Shown: positions 27,977-38,502, counted from the first letter of the stretch. The stretch: 64,000 bases of DNA from an uncultured delta proteobacterium (GCA_963733195.1 CAVTCR010000074.1:64001-128000); one strand, 5' to 3'. Notes: generated by a model from the sequence alone, not told the origin. Translations and numbers: made by a program.

Positions 27977-28612
27977 ATGCGGACCGTTTTTGTCGGTTTG
28001 TTGCTGCTCAGTGCTGCTCCTGCACAGGCGTACACCTACTACTACACCGGTGTGAGTAATACCGCCAAAGTCGCCTATGCCTCGCAAGTGCGCCTGCGCA
28101 TGGATGCTTATCCTAAGTGTCTAAAAGGGAAATGCCATGCGATTGCCTGGACGGCGTTATGGGATGCAGGGGCAGGGAGCAGTAATCAATACGTTGAAGT
28201 CGGTATTGGATACTCTCCGCGGACGTGTCCGAAGAGAGCACCAATCAAGCTGTGGTGGGCCTCACCGCAGGTGCCAGGTGGTGTCACTGTAGGTTGCGTA
28301 CGAAAAGGGACGGAAGTGGAGGTGACCGTACAGCGCGAGGATGGGTACGAAGCGGTATTAGCGACATGGGAATGGGCTGGCGGACGTATCTCACAGTGGG
28401 TGGATACGCCAGGGTGGTTGGTTGGTCCCGGCATCCATCCGACCAAGATCGAAATCTACTCGTACTACGATAGCGTGACGCCTGGGCCGGTATCACTGTC
28501 AGTTTTTGACATCCAGTCCAACCCCCAGTACGCCGCCGGTTATCTCCAGCAGACTGCTCCGTACTATGCGGCTCCCGGCAGCAGCCTCACCTCGTTTGCG
28601 GTCAACTACTAA
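27977..28612 (+). CDS. Secreted hypothetical protein (beta-rich)
   Basis: Signal peptide MRTVFVGLLLLSAAPAQA; Trp/Tyr/Gly-rich mature part with four Cys. Confidence 0.65.
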   Translation: MRTVFVGLLLLSAAPAQAYTYYYTGVSNTAKVAYASQVRLRMDAYPKCLKGKCHAIAWTALWDAGAGSSNQYVEVGIGYSPRTCPKRAPIKLWWASPQVPGGVTVGCVRKGTEVEVTVQREDGYEAVLATWEWAGGRISQWVDTPGWLVGPGIHPTKIEIYSYYDSVTPGPVSLSVFDIQSNPQYAAGYLQQTAPYYAAPGSSLTSFAVNY

Positions 28613-28799
28613 TCTTCGAATTCAGGCCATTGCTTCATGTGAGTCGTTTACTTTACCTTTTTATGAACAAGGGAACGTCTAACGCCACCAGTAAGCTGCT
28701 CCAGGATGCAGCGAAGAGTGGATCAACCACCAACGCTCCCGGCGTCAGATCCCGTGGTGTAGTTCGCCTGCGCTCACCTTGCTATGACGTACTCATCCC

Positions 28800-29369
28800 T
28801 TATTGTTGTTGCTTGAGCGGACTCTGCTCACCGGTTGTGTGAGCGTCATTCCACGGTACCCAATCGCCGAGATCCATAAGTCGGCGCAGTGAAGCTTCAA
28901 CCATCGGCAAAGACCAGTCGTTAAAGCCAATGTGATGATGCACGATGCGGCCCTGGCGGTCGATAATGAACGTCTCTGGGTAGCCCGTGACGCCGTATTT
29001 ACGTCCCACCTCTCCGTTCACATCCAGCACAATAGGAAAGGTGAATCCGCTTTCTTGCATATAGGGAAGGACAGTACTCTTACCATCAACATCTTGACTC
29101 GCGGCAAGCATCACGAAATCGCTCCCCTTAAAGCGGCGATAGAGCGTTTCCATCGTTGGCATTTCTTTCCGGCACGGTGGACACCACGTGGTCCACACGT
29201 TCAGCATGACGATCTTTCCCTTGAGTTGAGACAGACGTACCACTTGTCCTTGCGGGTCAGGCAAAACGAACTCCGGTGCCAGTTTTCTTCCCTGAGACGG
29301 AGAGCGGGCAAACGTTGCCAAGAAGCCAAAGGCAATAACGATCAATCCAAGGAACAACCACTTTCTCAC
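28800..29369 (-). CDS. TlpA/ResA-like thiol-disulfide oxidoreductase
   Basis: N-terminal TM helix, APEF.L, NVWTTWCPPCRKEMP, YPETFIID. Confidence 0.92.
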   Translation of the reverse strand: MRKWLFLGLIVIAFGFLATFARSPSQGRKLAPEFVLPDPQGQVVRLSQLKGKIVMLNVWTTWCPPCRKEMPTMETLYRRFKGSDFVMLAASQDVDGKSTVLPYMQESGFTFPIVLDVNGEVGRKYGVTGYPETFIIDRQGRIVHHHIGFNDWSLPMVEASLRRLMDLGDWVPWNDAHTTGEQSPLKQQQ

Positions 29370-30187
29370 TGCGGTTTCTCCCGTGCCACTCGCGGGATTT
29401 TCGGCAAGGGTTTTGTTTCAACAGCTGGAGGTTCCCGCCGCGTCAGCATCACTGTGCCAATCGTCATGAGGATTAAACTGAGGATCTGCGCTTCGGAAAG
29501 GCCAAATGCCAGTGGAGGGTTGATGCGAACAAACTCGATCGTAAAGCGTGCAATACTCGATAACAACAGATACCCCCAAAACAACGACCCTACAGGTCGT
29601 GGGGTAGCACGCATACTCCATAACACGGCAAAGACGAGGAGGTAGGCAATTGTTTCGTACAATGCCGACGGATGGACACGCACCCCTGGCGGGTAGTCCC
29701 AACCAATGATCGCATTAGTATACGCCACTCCCCAAGGTAACGTCGTGGGCGGTCCCCAGTCTCCATCACCTGCCAGGTGACAACCGATGCGGCCAATCCC
29801 ATGCCCTACCGCAATAGCTGGCGCAACCGCATCCATGATTTCTAACCAGAGGAAACCATAGCGACGGATACAGAGAGTGACGCCGACGACGCCACCGATG
29901 AGTCCGCCATACCACGTAAAGCCTGCACCGGTGAGAATCAGCGAGAGCGGGTTGGCAAGAAACTCATGCCATCGCTCCATAATGAACAAGAGGCGTGCGC
30001 CCAAGAGCCCGCCCACCGCTGCCCAGAGGACCAGCGTTGAAGCGAACGCAGGATCTTTGCCTTGCCGTTCGAGCCCTTTGCTGACTACCCATCCAGCGGC
30101 TAAGAACCCCAATGCCATCATCACACCGTAGCTGTACACAGTTAACGGTCCGAGTTGTAGGAGTACTGGATACATGACGCGGATCAT
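29366..30187 (-). CDS. lgt: Prolipoprotein diacylglyceryl transferase
   Basis: YSYG, GARL, G..WYGG, GRIGC...G..WG, HPSALYE, RF.IEF.R. Confidence 0.93.
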   Translation of the reverse strand: MIRVMYPVLLQLGPLTVYSYGVMMALGFLAAGWVVSKGLERQGKDPAFASTLVLWAAVGGLLGARLLFIMERWHEFLANPLSLILTGAGFTWYGGLIGGVVGVTLCIRRYGFLWLEIMDAVAPAIAVGHGIGRIGCHLAGDGDWGPPTTLPWGVAYTNAIIGWDYPPGVRVHPSALYETIAYLLVFAVLWSMRATPRPVGSLFWGYLLLSSIARFTIEFVRINPPLAFGLSEAQILSLILMTIGTVMLTRREPPAVETKPLPKIPRVAREKPQ

Positions 30188-30374
30188 ACGCTACGAGCGG
30201 GAAAGACGCCAGGGAAGTCTGTGCCAAGTCGAGGAAAAAGGGGAAGAGGAGAAATGGCGAAATGGTAATGAAAAAGACTAAATTTGTCTTCTTCGCCCTG
30301 CCCTTTATCCTTTTCCCCGTTTACCCTTTTCGCCTCTTCCTCTCGTCCTCGGTAACCGGTAACCTATCCCCTCT

Positions 30375-30818
30375 ATGCGTGCCGTCATTCAGCGAGTGAG
30401 TGAAGCCAGTGTCCGCGTCGATGAGCAGGTGGTTGGCCAAATTGGCCGTGGCCTTCTCATTCTTCTGGGTGTATCAACGAGAGATACCCAGACAGAGGCC
30501 GAGTACCTCAGTGACAAGATCGTTGGGCTGCGGATTTTTTCTGATGACGCAGGGAAGTTTGCGTTCTCTGTTCAGGACGTTCAAGGCGAAATACTCGTGG
30601 TATCGCAGTTCACTCTATATGGAGATATTCGTAAAGGTCGCCGCCCGTCGTTTACTGAAGCCGCAGGGATAGACACCGCCTTACCCTTGTATGAGTATTT
30701 TGTCGAATGTGTACAACGACATCAGGTTCCAGTTGCGACTGGACAGTTTCAGGCCACGATGGCCGTACACCTCGTGAATGATGGACCGGTAACGTTAGTG
30801 ATTGATAGCGAACGGTGA
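30375..30818 (+). CDS. dtd: D-aminoacyl-tRNA deacylase
   Basis: [29 protein letters not shown]. Confidence 0.97.
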   Translation: MRAVIQRVSEASVRVDEQVVGQIGRGLLILLGVSTRDTQTEAEYLSDKIVGLRIFSDDAGKFAFSVQDVQGEILVVSQFTLYGDIRKGRRPSFTEAAGIDTALPLYEYFVECVQRHQVPVATGQFQATMAVHLVNDGPVTLVIDSER

Positions 30819-30867
30819 AAAGAGTAACACGCTGGAGAGGCGCACAGCATGCGCCTGGTTCATACCC

Positions 30868-31347
30868 ATGCCAAAAGCAGGATTCTGGGCGATTGATCCC
30901 ACACGGAAGATTAGTTTCGGGAAAGATGGATGGTGGTACGCGAACGATGAGCGTATCCACAATCGACGCATTAACACTTTGTTCAGTCAGTGTCTGCGAC
31001 GAACCTCAGAAGGCATGTACGAAATCGCCATTGGTTGGGACAAAGTCACCGTCGAGATTGAAGATACGCCCTATGTGGTCACGCGCGTGATGGGCGATTC
31101 TGTACAGGGATTCACCCTCCGTCTGAATGACGAAAGTGAAGAGCTGCTTGATCCTACGTCACTCTCTATTGGTCAGGAGAACGTGCTCTATTGCCGGGTC
31201 AAAGGAGGTTCATACTTAGCCCGGTTCCTTCGCCCAGCGTATTACCAACTCACTGCACATGTACAGGAGGATGGGGCACATGGCACCTTCTCCCTACGGG
31301 TTGGCAATACAGCTTTTTCTATTTCACTCGCAACGACAAAGGAGTAG
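30868..31347 (+). CDS. DUF1285-like protein
   Basis: DG.WY...I, VEIEDTPYV, Y..VKGG...ARF.R..YYQL. Confidence 0.7.
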   Translation: MPKAGFWAIDPTRKISFGKDGWWYANDERIHNRRINTLFSQCLRRTSEGMYEIAIGWDKVTVEIEDTPYVVTRVMGDSVQGFTLRLNDESEELLDPTSLSIGQENVLYCRVKGGSYLARFLRPAYYQLTAHVQEDGAHGTFSLRVGNTAFSISLATTKE

Positions 31348-31429
31348 CCAGGAGCCAGCATGTTCTCCTTTTCTTCCTTTATCCATTTTCCCTACTGACA
31401 ACTGAGAACTGACTACTGACGGCTACCGT

Positions 31430-31883
31430 ATGCACATCGTCTTCGTCGAACCCGAAATTCCCCCCAACACTGGCACAACGGCGCGCTTGTGTGCCGCGAC
31501 GAACACCACGTTCCACCTCGTTGGACCGTTGGGGTTCTCGCTTGAAGATCGCTACCTCAAGCGTGCTGGACTCGATTATTGGCCATACGTCGACGTGCAC
31601 TATTATCCCACCTGGAGTGACTTTCTCTCTCATCGTCCATCAGGAAGGTTGGTGGCTTTCTCTGCCAGAGCAACAGCTCTCGTATACTCAGGTGAAGTAC
31701 ACAGAAAGTGACTTTCTCGTCTTTGGCAGCGAGACACGCGGCTTGTCAGACGAAGTTCGCACCATGCTCGCCGATTCACTGTACACAATTCCGATGTCAG
31801 GCACTTATGTGCGGAGCCTGAACTTGTCTAACGCTGCGGCGATTGTCCTCTATGAAGCGCTGAGGCAGCAGGGAAAGGTGTGA
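31430..31883 (+). CDS. trmL: tRNA (cytidine(34)-2'-O)-methyltransferase; +1 frameshift near 31672
   Basis: EPEIPPNTG, RAGLDYW in the first frame; FGSETRGL, IPM, RSLNLSN..A...YEA in the +1 frame. Confidence 0.92.
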
Positions 31884-31954
31884 GAGGTTGTCGTAAATCC
31901 CGGAGAGGCGCATCGTAACAAGTCAGTTTTTCTTTTGGCCCTAGACGCTGGACC

Positions 31955-32467
31955 CTAGGCACTGGACGGTTCTACCAACAACCCCATTTGCTGGAGTTCT
32001 GCTATCACATGCTCTCTGTGCGTCGCACCCCAATACAAGCGACGACAGTCTGGGCACTGACGAAACTCTGCCTGTGTCTGCCACACGTACTCTGGCACCC
32101 GATCGTGCACCTCTTCTTTTTTCACCGCTGCCAAAAGTTCATTGCACTCACCGCAACGAGTGAAGAGTTGGGCAAAAGGATCAAGGTGACATGCCGCAAT
32201 AACCTGTTTGAGCTGGTCGCGAAAGAGATCATGGTGAATGAAAATGACCTGAGGAGCGTCTTTCTGTCGGACAACGCGAGTATCGCGCGTCAAGATGATG
32301 CGTCCCTGTTGGCGTCCCTCGCGTATGAGCCCTTGTGGTGAGAGTTGCGGGAGGTACACTGTATCGTAACCAAGAATACGCAACCATTTGACTAAGCGGC
32401 CTAACATCCGGTCGGCCAGAAAGCGTGGGATGTCAGTCATTGCGGGTGCGAGCATATTCTGCGTCAT
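31955..32467 (-). CDS. Mut7-C (PIN-like RNase with zinc ribbon) domain protein
   Basis: FLADRMLGRL.KWLRILGYD, ILTRD, RC.ECN, CPDC.RLYW.ATH. Confidence 0.88.
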   Translation of the reverse strand: MTQNMLAPAMTDIPRFLADRMLGRLVKWLRILGYDTVYLPQLSPQGLIREGRQQGRIILTRDTRVVRQKDAPQVIFIHHDLFRDQLKQVIAACHLDPFAQLFTRCGECNELLAAVKKEEVHDRVPEYVWQTQAEFRQCPDCRRLYWGATHREHVIAELQQMGLLVEPSSA

Positions 32468-32548
32468 CGCTTGGCCTTTAAAGAAAATCGTGTCATCGGA
32501 CGATGACAGTAGAACAGGGGTCTGGAGGAAACAAGTCACAGGAATTGT

Positions 32549-34039
32549 ATGAAGCGCCTCCTTAGTATTGGCATTGTCCTTTTTTGGCTCGTCATGGTGG
32601 GATTGCTGATCCGTCGGACCACTGTTGATCCACAATCGACAAATACGCCCTCTTCCCCCTCCACCCCCGTCCAGACTAGCGAACCACTTACTGCACACGA
32701 CGGATGGATGGGGATTTATCATCAAGACAGGAAAATCGGCTATTTTCACCGCCACCTCACACCCACGCCGACCGGCTACCAATGGAAAGAACGGTCGCAA
32801 ATGAAACTGCGGGTGATGAACACTGATCAAAACGTTCATACAGAAGTCCACGCCAACATTGATCAACAATATGCGTTGCGGGATTTCTCTTTTCGACTCG
32901 TGAGTGCCGGAGCCGTGTTCCAGGTGGCCGGAGAAGTCCGAGAGAACGGTCCTGCCGGACGAGAGTTACACGGCCAACTCACAACTGGCGGGAATTCGTC
33001 GCCATTCTCGTTTCCGTTACAAGAACCGCTATACCTCCCTACGATCACACAGCTCACTCTACATGGCACTGTCCTACAACCTGGCGAAGAGCGCCGTTAC
33101 AGCATCTTTAACCCGCTCACAGCAAAAACAGAGATGATCCAGGTCACGGCAGTCGGGCACGAACCCCTCACCGTGAAAGGTCGTTCCATACCCACCACGA
33201 AACTCGCAGAGCGCTTCGGTGGAACGACGGTTCATGCTTGGATTGATCACGAAGGAAAGGTGGTCAAGGAAGAGGCTGCCCTTGGGTTGGTTCTGTTACG
33301 AGAGAGTCAAGCCGAGGCAATAAACGACGGGTGGTCCGACAACACCCCGCTTGATCTCGTCACCTCCGCTGCTATCGCCGTACGAAATACACTCCCGAAT
33401 CCGCGTGATGTGACACAACTCCGCTTAACGATTTCTGGTTCCGCTGATGCAGCTCTTTTCGCGTTCCCACCGCGACAACATTATCTCGATGGCACTCTAA
33501 CCGTCACCAATGAATCGATTGATACGCTTGTCTCATACAAGCTTCCAGCAAGTGATCCCACATTCGCGCCCGATCTGATCGCAACGCCATTTCTCCAGAG
33601 CGAACATCCGCGCATCAAAGAACAACTTCAACTGATTCTCAAGGGAGAACAAGATGCACAGCGGGCAGTGCGTAAACTCCTCGATTGGACCTATACCACG
33701 CTCGACAAAGAACCGACTGTTGGTATACCGACTGCACTCGAAGCCTTAAGCAGTAAAAAAGGTGATTGTAACGAACATGCAGTGTTATTCACAGCCTTGG
33801 CCCGCGCCGCCGGTATTCCTGCTCGCGTCACTGCTGGTGTCGTCTATCTCGATGGCGCATTCTACTATCACGCATGGTCCGAGGTCTGGCTCGAATACTG
33901 GGTCGCAGTAGATCCAGTATTCAATCAGTTTCCCGCAGATGCGACTCATATTAAGTTTATTCAAGGTGGACCAGAAGAGCATATGGCGTTGTTGAAAGTG
34001 ATCGGGCAAATACAATTGGAGGTCGTGGAGTATAAGTAG
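32549..34039 (+). CDS. Membrane-anchored transglutaminase-like domain protein
   Basis: N-terminal TM helix; Cys-His-Asp triad GDCNEHA / HAWSEV / VDP. Confidence 0.88.
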   Translation: MKRLLSIGIVLFWLVMVGLLIRRTTVDPQSTNTPSSPSTPVQTSEPLTAHDGWMGIYHQDRKIGYFHRHLTPTPTGYQWKERSQMKLRVMNTDQNVHTEVHANIDQQYALRDFSFRLVSAGAVFQVAGEVRENGPAGRELHGQLTTGGNSSPFSFPLQEPLYLPTITQLTLHGTVLQPGEERRYSIFNPLTAKTEMIQVTAVGHEPLTVKGRSIPTTKLAERFGGTTVHAWIDHEGKVVKEEAALGLVLLRESQAEAINDGWSDNTPLDLVTSAAIAVRNTLPNPRDVTQLRLTISGSADAALFAFPPRQHYLDGTLTVTNESIDTLVSYKLPASDPTFAPDLIATPFLQSEHPRIKEQLQLILKGEQDAQRAVRKLLDWTYTTLDKEPTVGIPTALEALSSKKGDCNEHAVLFTALARAAGIPARVTAGVVYLDGAFYYHAWSEVWLEYWVAVDPVFNQFPADATHIKFIQGGPEEHMALLKVIGQIQLEVVEYK

Positions 34040-34135
34040 TTATCAGTTGGGAAAGTAGCCAGTAGTCAGCATTCAGTAGTCAGTAGAGAAAGCTTCTTCT
34101 TCTCTGACAACTGATAACTGACAACCGACAACTGG
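34040..34135. repeat. Heptamer tandem/inverted repeat (CAGTAGT / ACTGACA type)
   Basis: CAGTAGTCAGCATTCAGTAGTCAG...CTGACAACTGATAACTGACAACCGACAACTG; related tracts at ~4390-4420, ~5940-5960, ~31393-31425, ~34980-35035. Confidence 0.6.
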
Positions 34136-34168
34136 CCCCTGAAAACTCATAACTTTCCCAGAGGCAAT

Positions 34169-34924
34169 ATGATCCAACTCGAACATCTCAGCAAAAAATT
34201 TGGTACCTTTACTGCCGTGAATGATCTTAATCTTAACATTGCCGAAGGCGAGATCTTTGGATTTCTTGGTCCGAACGGCGCAGGGAAAACAACCACGATT
34301 CGCATGATGATGGGGCTCCTCAAGCCTACTGCAGGACGCATTGCGCTGGGCGGTCACGACCTCGCCGTTGATCCACTAGCGGCTAAAGCCATTTCCGCTT
34401 TTGTCCCGGACCGACCGTACGTCTATGAGAAACTCACCGGACGTGAATTCCTCGAATTCGTTGGTGGTCTGTACCAAGTCCCACCTCAACTCTGCCACGA
34501 ACGGACAGAGGAATCGCTCAATTTCTTTAGCCTTGTTGATTGGGGGAACGAACTGATTGAGAGCTATTCACATGGTATGAAGCAACGACTCGTAGTGGCC
34601 TCTGCCCTTCTTCATGACCCACGGATTCTCGTTGTTGATGAACCGATGGTGGGTATGGACCCGATCGGCGCACGCTTGTTCAAATCACTGCTGCGTTCGC
34701 TCACTCTCAAAGGAAAGACGATTTTCATGTCAACCCATAGTCTGGAAGTGGCGGAGGAGCTGTGCGATCGCATCGGCATTATTCTTGGGGGAAAACTAAT
34801 TGCACTGGGCACCCTCGACGAGTTACAGCAACAAGCTGGTACCGAGAATCGTCTGGAAGACATTTTCCTCAAACTCACGGCCGCCCCAGACATGATGGAG
34901 GTGATTGAGGCGTTGCGAGCATGA
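34169..34924 (+). CDS. ABC transporter ATP-binding protein
   Basis: GPNGAGKTT, YSHGMKQR, VVDEP, STH. Confidence 0.95.
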   Translation: MIQLEHLSKKFGTFTAVNDLNLNIAEGEIFGFLGPNGAGKTTTIRMMMGLLKPTAGRIALGGHDLAVDPLAAKAISAFVPDRPYVYEKLTGREFLEFVGGLYQVPPQLCHERTEESLNFFSLVDWGNELIESYSHGMKQRLVVASALLHDPRILVVDEPMVGMDPIGARLFKSLLRSLTLKGKTIFMSTHSLEVAEELCDRIGIILGGKLIALGTLDELQQQAGTENRLEDIFLKLTAAPDMMEVIEALRA

Positions 34925-35037
34925 ATCAGATATCACTTCTCCATGCTCAGTTTCCAGAGGGAAAAAATAATCCTCTTCTCTACTGACTATTGGATGCTGA
35001 CTCCTGACTACTTTTTCAACTGTCTTCTGGTAACTGT

Positions 35038-36759
35038 ATGAATAATCAGCAATTGACAAGGAACAGTGGGTTACTCTTGTTGGTTCCTCGCTTTCTCGCC
35101 CTGCGCAATGGATTACAGCGGCAAGGGAAAGGCGGCTGGACCCGAGCTTTTATCTTACTGGTGCTCATGGCGCTTTTCTGGGGAGGGACGTTTTGGTTCT
35201 TCTCACGCGCCCTCTCCTATTTCCTCACCATTCCTGATCTTGGTCCCGTGCTCAACCAAAAACTGCTCAGCATGGTGTTTCTCACCTTCTTTGCCATTCT
35301 GCTATTCAGCAACGTTATCACTGGACTTTCAACCTTCTTTCTCTCGCGCGACCTCCTCTTGTTAGTTCCAGCCCCCGTTCCGCCTGGGCGACTGTTCGCA
35401 GCGAAGTTTGTCGAAACTCTCGTCGATTCCTCGTGGATGATTCTCTTGTTTAGTGCGCCGGCGTTTCTCGCCTATGGTGTCGTGCATGGTGGCGGCCCCA
35501 TGTATTACGTCATGACCGTGCTCACTTTGATCCCGTTTTTGATCGTTCCAGCGGCTATTGGTGTCATTGTCACCATGGTACTTGCCTACGTTCTTCCGGC
35601 GCAACGTGGCAAAGACATGCTCATCGTATTTTCTGCGTTGTTTCTTGCCCTGCTCTACATGTTCTTCCGTTTGCTGCAACCAGAGAAATTGGTCAATCCT
35701 GAGGCATTCTCTGATTTTGTAGCGTTCCTTGCAGCGATGCAAACTCCAACTTCGCCGTTCCTACCAAGTACCTGGGCGAGCGAAGCATTATTACCCTTCC
35801 TCGGGTTAAAAACCGGAGACCCGATCTTTTACTACCTGTTGTTACTCAGCACCTCACTCGTCCTCGTCGTTGTTGGGGCGTGGGCTGCAACGGCGTTATA
35901 TCCAGTCGGTTGGTCGAAAGCACAAGAAGGACGGCGACGAGGCGGACAAAGTCAGTGGGCAGATACGATCCTTCGTGGGATCGCTCGGTTGTTTCCGGCA
36001 CCATTGCGCGTCTCCGTTGTCAAAGATTTAAAAACCTTCTGTCGCGATACCGGCCAGTGGTCACAGCTCTTTCAACTCCTCGCGCTGATTGTCGTGTATG
36101 TCTATAACTTCAGCGTGCTGCCGCGTGGTACTGGTTTCGTTGGTATGCTTGATCTGCAAAACTTCGTTGCCTTTTTTAACCTGGCTCTGGCGGCGTTTGT
36201 CACTGCCGCAATTGCTATACGGTTTGTGTTTCCGGCACTGAGCCTTGAAGGGAAAACCTTCTGGGTGCTGAAAAGTGCCCCGCTGCATCTGCGCCGCTGG
36301 TGGTGGAGCAAGTTTTGGGTCGCACTCCTCCCGCTGTTGTTCTTCGGCGAGGTCCTGGCAGTTGTTACTAACTATTTCCTCGGCGTCTCGACCTTCATGA
36401 TGATTCTCGCGCCGGTCACTTTAGGTTTTCTGACTTTTGCACTTGTTGCGTTGGGTATGGCATTTGGCATTGCCTATCCTAATTTTACTGCCGAACACGT
36501 CGCCAAAATTCCCGCCAGCTTTGGTGGCGTACTCTACATGGCGTTCAGCATCGTCTTCATCGGACTTATTGTCGTCCTGGAAGCGTGGCCAGTGCATCTA
36601 TTCTTAGTGCGCAATTTCCAACGAATGCCGCTCTCAACTGGAGACTGGAACAGTATCATCCTTTCGTTTGCCACAGCATTATCACTCACGGTCATCCTCT
36701 TCTGGGGCGCCACACGCTGGAGCATCACACGGCTGGAAGAGATGGAGATTTCGCTATAA
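35038..36759 (+). CDS. Putative ABC exporter permease (multi-TM)
   Basis: More than ten hydrophobic segments, DL..L...P, S.EG..FW.L.SAP; follows the ABC ATPase. Confidence 0.8.
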   Translation: MNNQQLTRNSGLLLLVPRFLALRNGLQRQGKGGWTRAFILLVLMALFWGGTFWFFSRALSYFLTIPDLGPVLNQKLLSMVFLTFFAILLFSNVITGLSTFFLSRDLLLLVPAPVPPGRLFAAKFVETLVDSSWMILLFSAPAFLAYGVVHGGGPMYYVMTVLTLIPFLIVPAAIGVIVTMVLAYVLPAQRGKDMLIVFSALFLALLYMFFRLLQPEKLVNPEAFSDFVAFLAAMQTPTSPFLPSTWASEALLPFLGLKTGDPIFYYLLLLSTSLVLVVVGAWAATALYPVGWSKAQEGRRRGGQSQWADTILRGIARLFPAPLRVSVVKDLKTFCRDTGQWSQLFQLLALIVVYVYNFSVLPRGTGFVGMLDLQNFVAFFNLALAAFVTAAIAIRFVFPALSLEGKTFWVLKSAPLHLRRWWWSKFWVALLPLLFFGEVLAVVTNYFLGVSTFMMILAPVTLGFLTFALVALGMAFGIAYPNFTAEHVAKIPASFGGVLYMAFSIVFIGLIVVLEAWPVHLFLVRNFQRMPLSTGDWNSIILSFATALSLTVILFWGATRWSITRLEEMEISL

Positions 36760-36793
36760 AGGGGAAAAAGATAAAGGACAAAAGGAGGAACCT

Positions 36794-37411
36794 GTGGAAG
36801 AACACGTTACATTTCCAGTCGGAGATATTACACTTGAAGGATTGTTATCCATACCATCGCAGACACCGAAGATTGGCGCGGTTATTTGCCATCCTCACCC
36901 GTTGTACGGCGGGGAGATGCATAACAACATCGTCTCCGCACTGGTCGATGCGTTTCAGGCAGTGGGAATCGCAACGCTCCGTTTCAATTTCCGTGGAGTC
37001 GGAAACAGCGAGGGAGAGCATGATGAAGGCAATGCCGAAGTAGACGACGTAAAAGCAGCGGTCACCTATCTATTGAGCCGACAAGCAGTTCCAACCGTTG
37101 TTGTCGCCGGGTATTCGTTCGGCTCGATGGTCGGTTTACGTGCTGGAGCTGACGATCCAAGAGTTCACAAATTGATCGGTGTTGCATTACCTATTGGCAT
37201 GCGAGATGCCTCGTTTTTGCTGAACGCGAATAAACCGAAACTGCTGATCAGCGGTGATCACGATAACTATTCTCCGGTACCCGTTCTCCAAGACCTTGTC
37301 GCCAAACTTTCCGAGCCAAAGGCACTGAAGATCGTCGACGGCGCGGATCATTTTTTCTGGGGGCTAGAGAATAAGGTCGCAGAGGTGGCAGTGGGATTCT
37401 TACAACGATAA
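36794..37411 (+). CDS. Alpha/beta hydrolase
   Basis: HPHP.YGG.M.N, RFNFRGVG.S.G, nucleophile GYSFG, D, ADHFF; GGAGG before GTG. Confidence 0.9.
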   Translation: MEEHVTFPVGDITLEGLLSIPSQTPKIGAVICHPHPLYGGEMHNNIVSALVDAFQAVGIATLRFNFRGVGNSEGEHDEGNAEVDDVKAAVTYLLSRQAVPTVVVAGYSFGSMVGLRAGADDPRVHKLIGVALPIGMRDASFLLNANKPKLLISGDHDNYSPVPVLQDLVAKLSEPKALKIVDGADHFFWGLENKVAEVAVGFLQR

Positions 37412-37677
37412 TTAGAACGCGGAACGCTGGATGATGAACGATGAATAAAGACCACTGAATGCTCAACACAGAGTGGTGAATGGGATAATGCTCTAGTTTT
37501 CAATTCAGCATTTATAGTTTCACTTTCGGCATTGTTGAGGCGGGACGTCCTTGCTCCTGGGTATCCAATAGATCCGAGACTCTGACCTTACCTGAAAGGG
37601 CATAAATTTGCCCCAGGTCTACAAAAAGAGTAATAATTTTATATACACTGCATGATGGATGTGTAAAAGCAATTACT

Positions 37678-38502
37678 ATGCAAAAAAGTCAATACTATCG
37701 CTGGTTAACGCTTACGCTCTGTTCTGTCATTTTTTCCTGTTCAGTACAGCCTCCCCCAGTACCACAACCCGTGGTTTTCTCCCCTCCTCCACCGTCTCTT
37801 CCTGTCGGGTGGTCAGGAGAGCAGGCGCAAGTTGCCGTGGTCGAGTTCGACGATAAGACGAGTGGTCGTGCACCTCGGCGAGGAAACTTATTGGGGCGCG
37901 GGATGGAAGCTCAACTTGTGACTGCTCTACGACAGACCGGCCAATTCTCTGTGTTAGAGCCACAAGAGAAGATCGTCCGAGGAAGAAGAGGTGAGCTAAT
38001 CACCGCCCGGGTAGGGAGTCATGAAGAGCCTGAGTTTTTTGTTTCAGGCTCTGTCATTACCTACCGTTTAAGTTCAGCGAGTGTTGCGGCTGGCGTCGCG
38101 GCGGATCCGCTGCTTGGTACGGCTGAAGTAAGTCAGGGGAGAGCCCCAACGGCAGCCGCCGAGCGGACTTTTATTAATCTCTCAACGAGTGAGCACGATC
38201 AGGTCGAAATGGCATTGTATCTTTTTGATGGAAAAACTGGTTGGCTCATCAGTGAAACTCGCATTGCCGTCTCACCGCAAGATTTTTCCCCTGCCTTGGA
38301 TGGGATGTTCAGTGCCGATTTACTCCGCTCCGCTATTGCCTCAGAGCCACCGACCCAACGAGCAGTGCGGGCCGGTGTGATCAAAGCCGTCAATTGGATC
38401 GCTGATCATTGTCTCGAATATCGCCGACAGCAAGCGCGCAATCCCGATCCGGATGAACCACCGCTCCCGTTGGAAAAGAAGAATCCTCGGGATCGGGGCT
38501 AA
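37678..38502 (+). CDS. CsgG/HfaB-family lipoprotein
   Basis: Lipobox-like IFSC, Pro-rich tether, VAVVEFDDK, LVTAL.QTG.F.VLE, GSV..Y, D.KTG. Confidence 0.65.
   Translation: MQKSQYYRWLTLTLCSVIFSCSVQPPPVPQPVVFSPPPPSLPVGWSGEQAQVAVVEFDDKTSGRAPRRGNLLGRGMEAQLVTALRQTGQFSVLEPQEKIVRGRRGELITARVGSHEEPEFFVSGSVITYRLSSASVAAGVAADPLLGTAEVSQGRAPTAAAERTFINLSTSEHDQVEMALYLFDGKTGWLISETRIAVSPQDFSPALDGMFSADLLRSAIASEPPTQRAVRAGVIKAVNWIADHCLEYRRQQARNPDPDEPPLPLEKKNPRDRG

Noticed and set aside
32468-32869. Long N-terminal extension of the Mut7-C ORF
   Set aside because: Overlaps the transglutaminase gene on the other strand; the domain starts near 32440.
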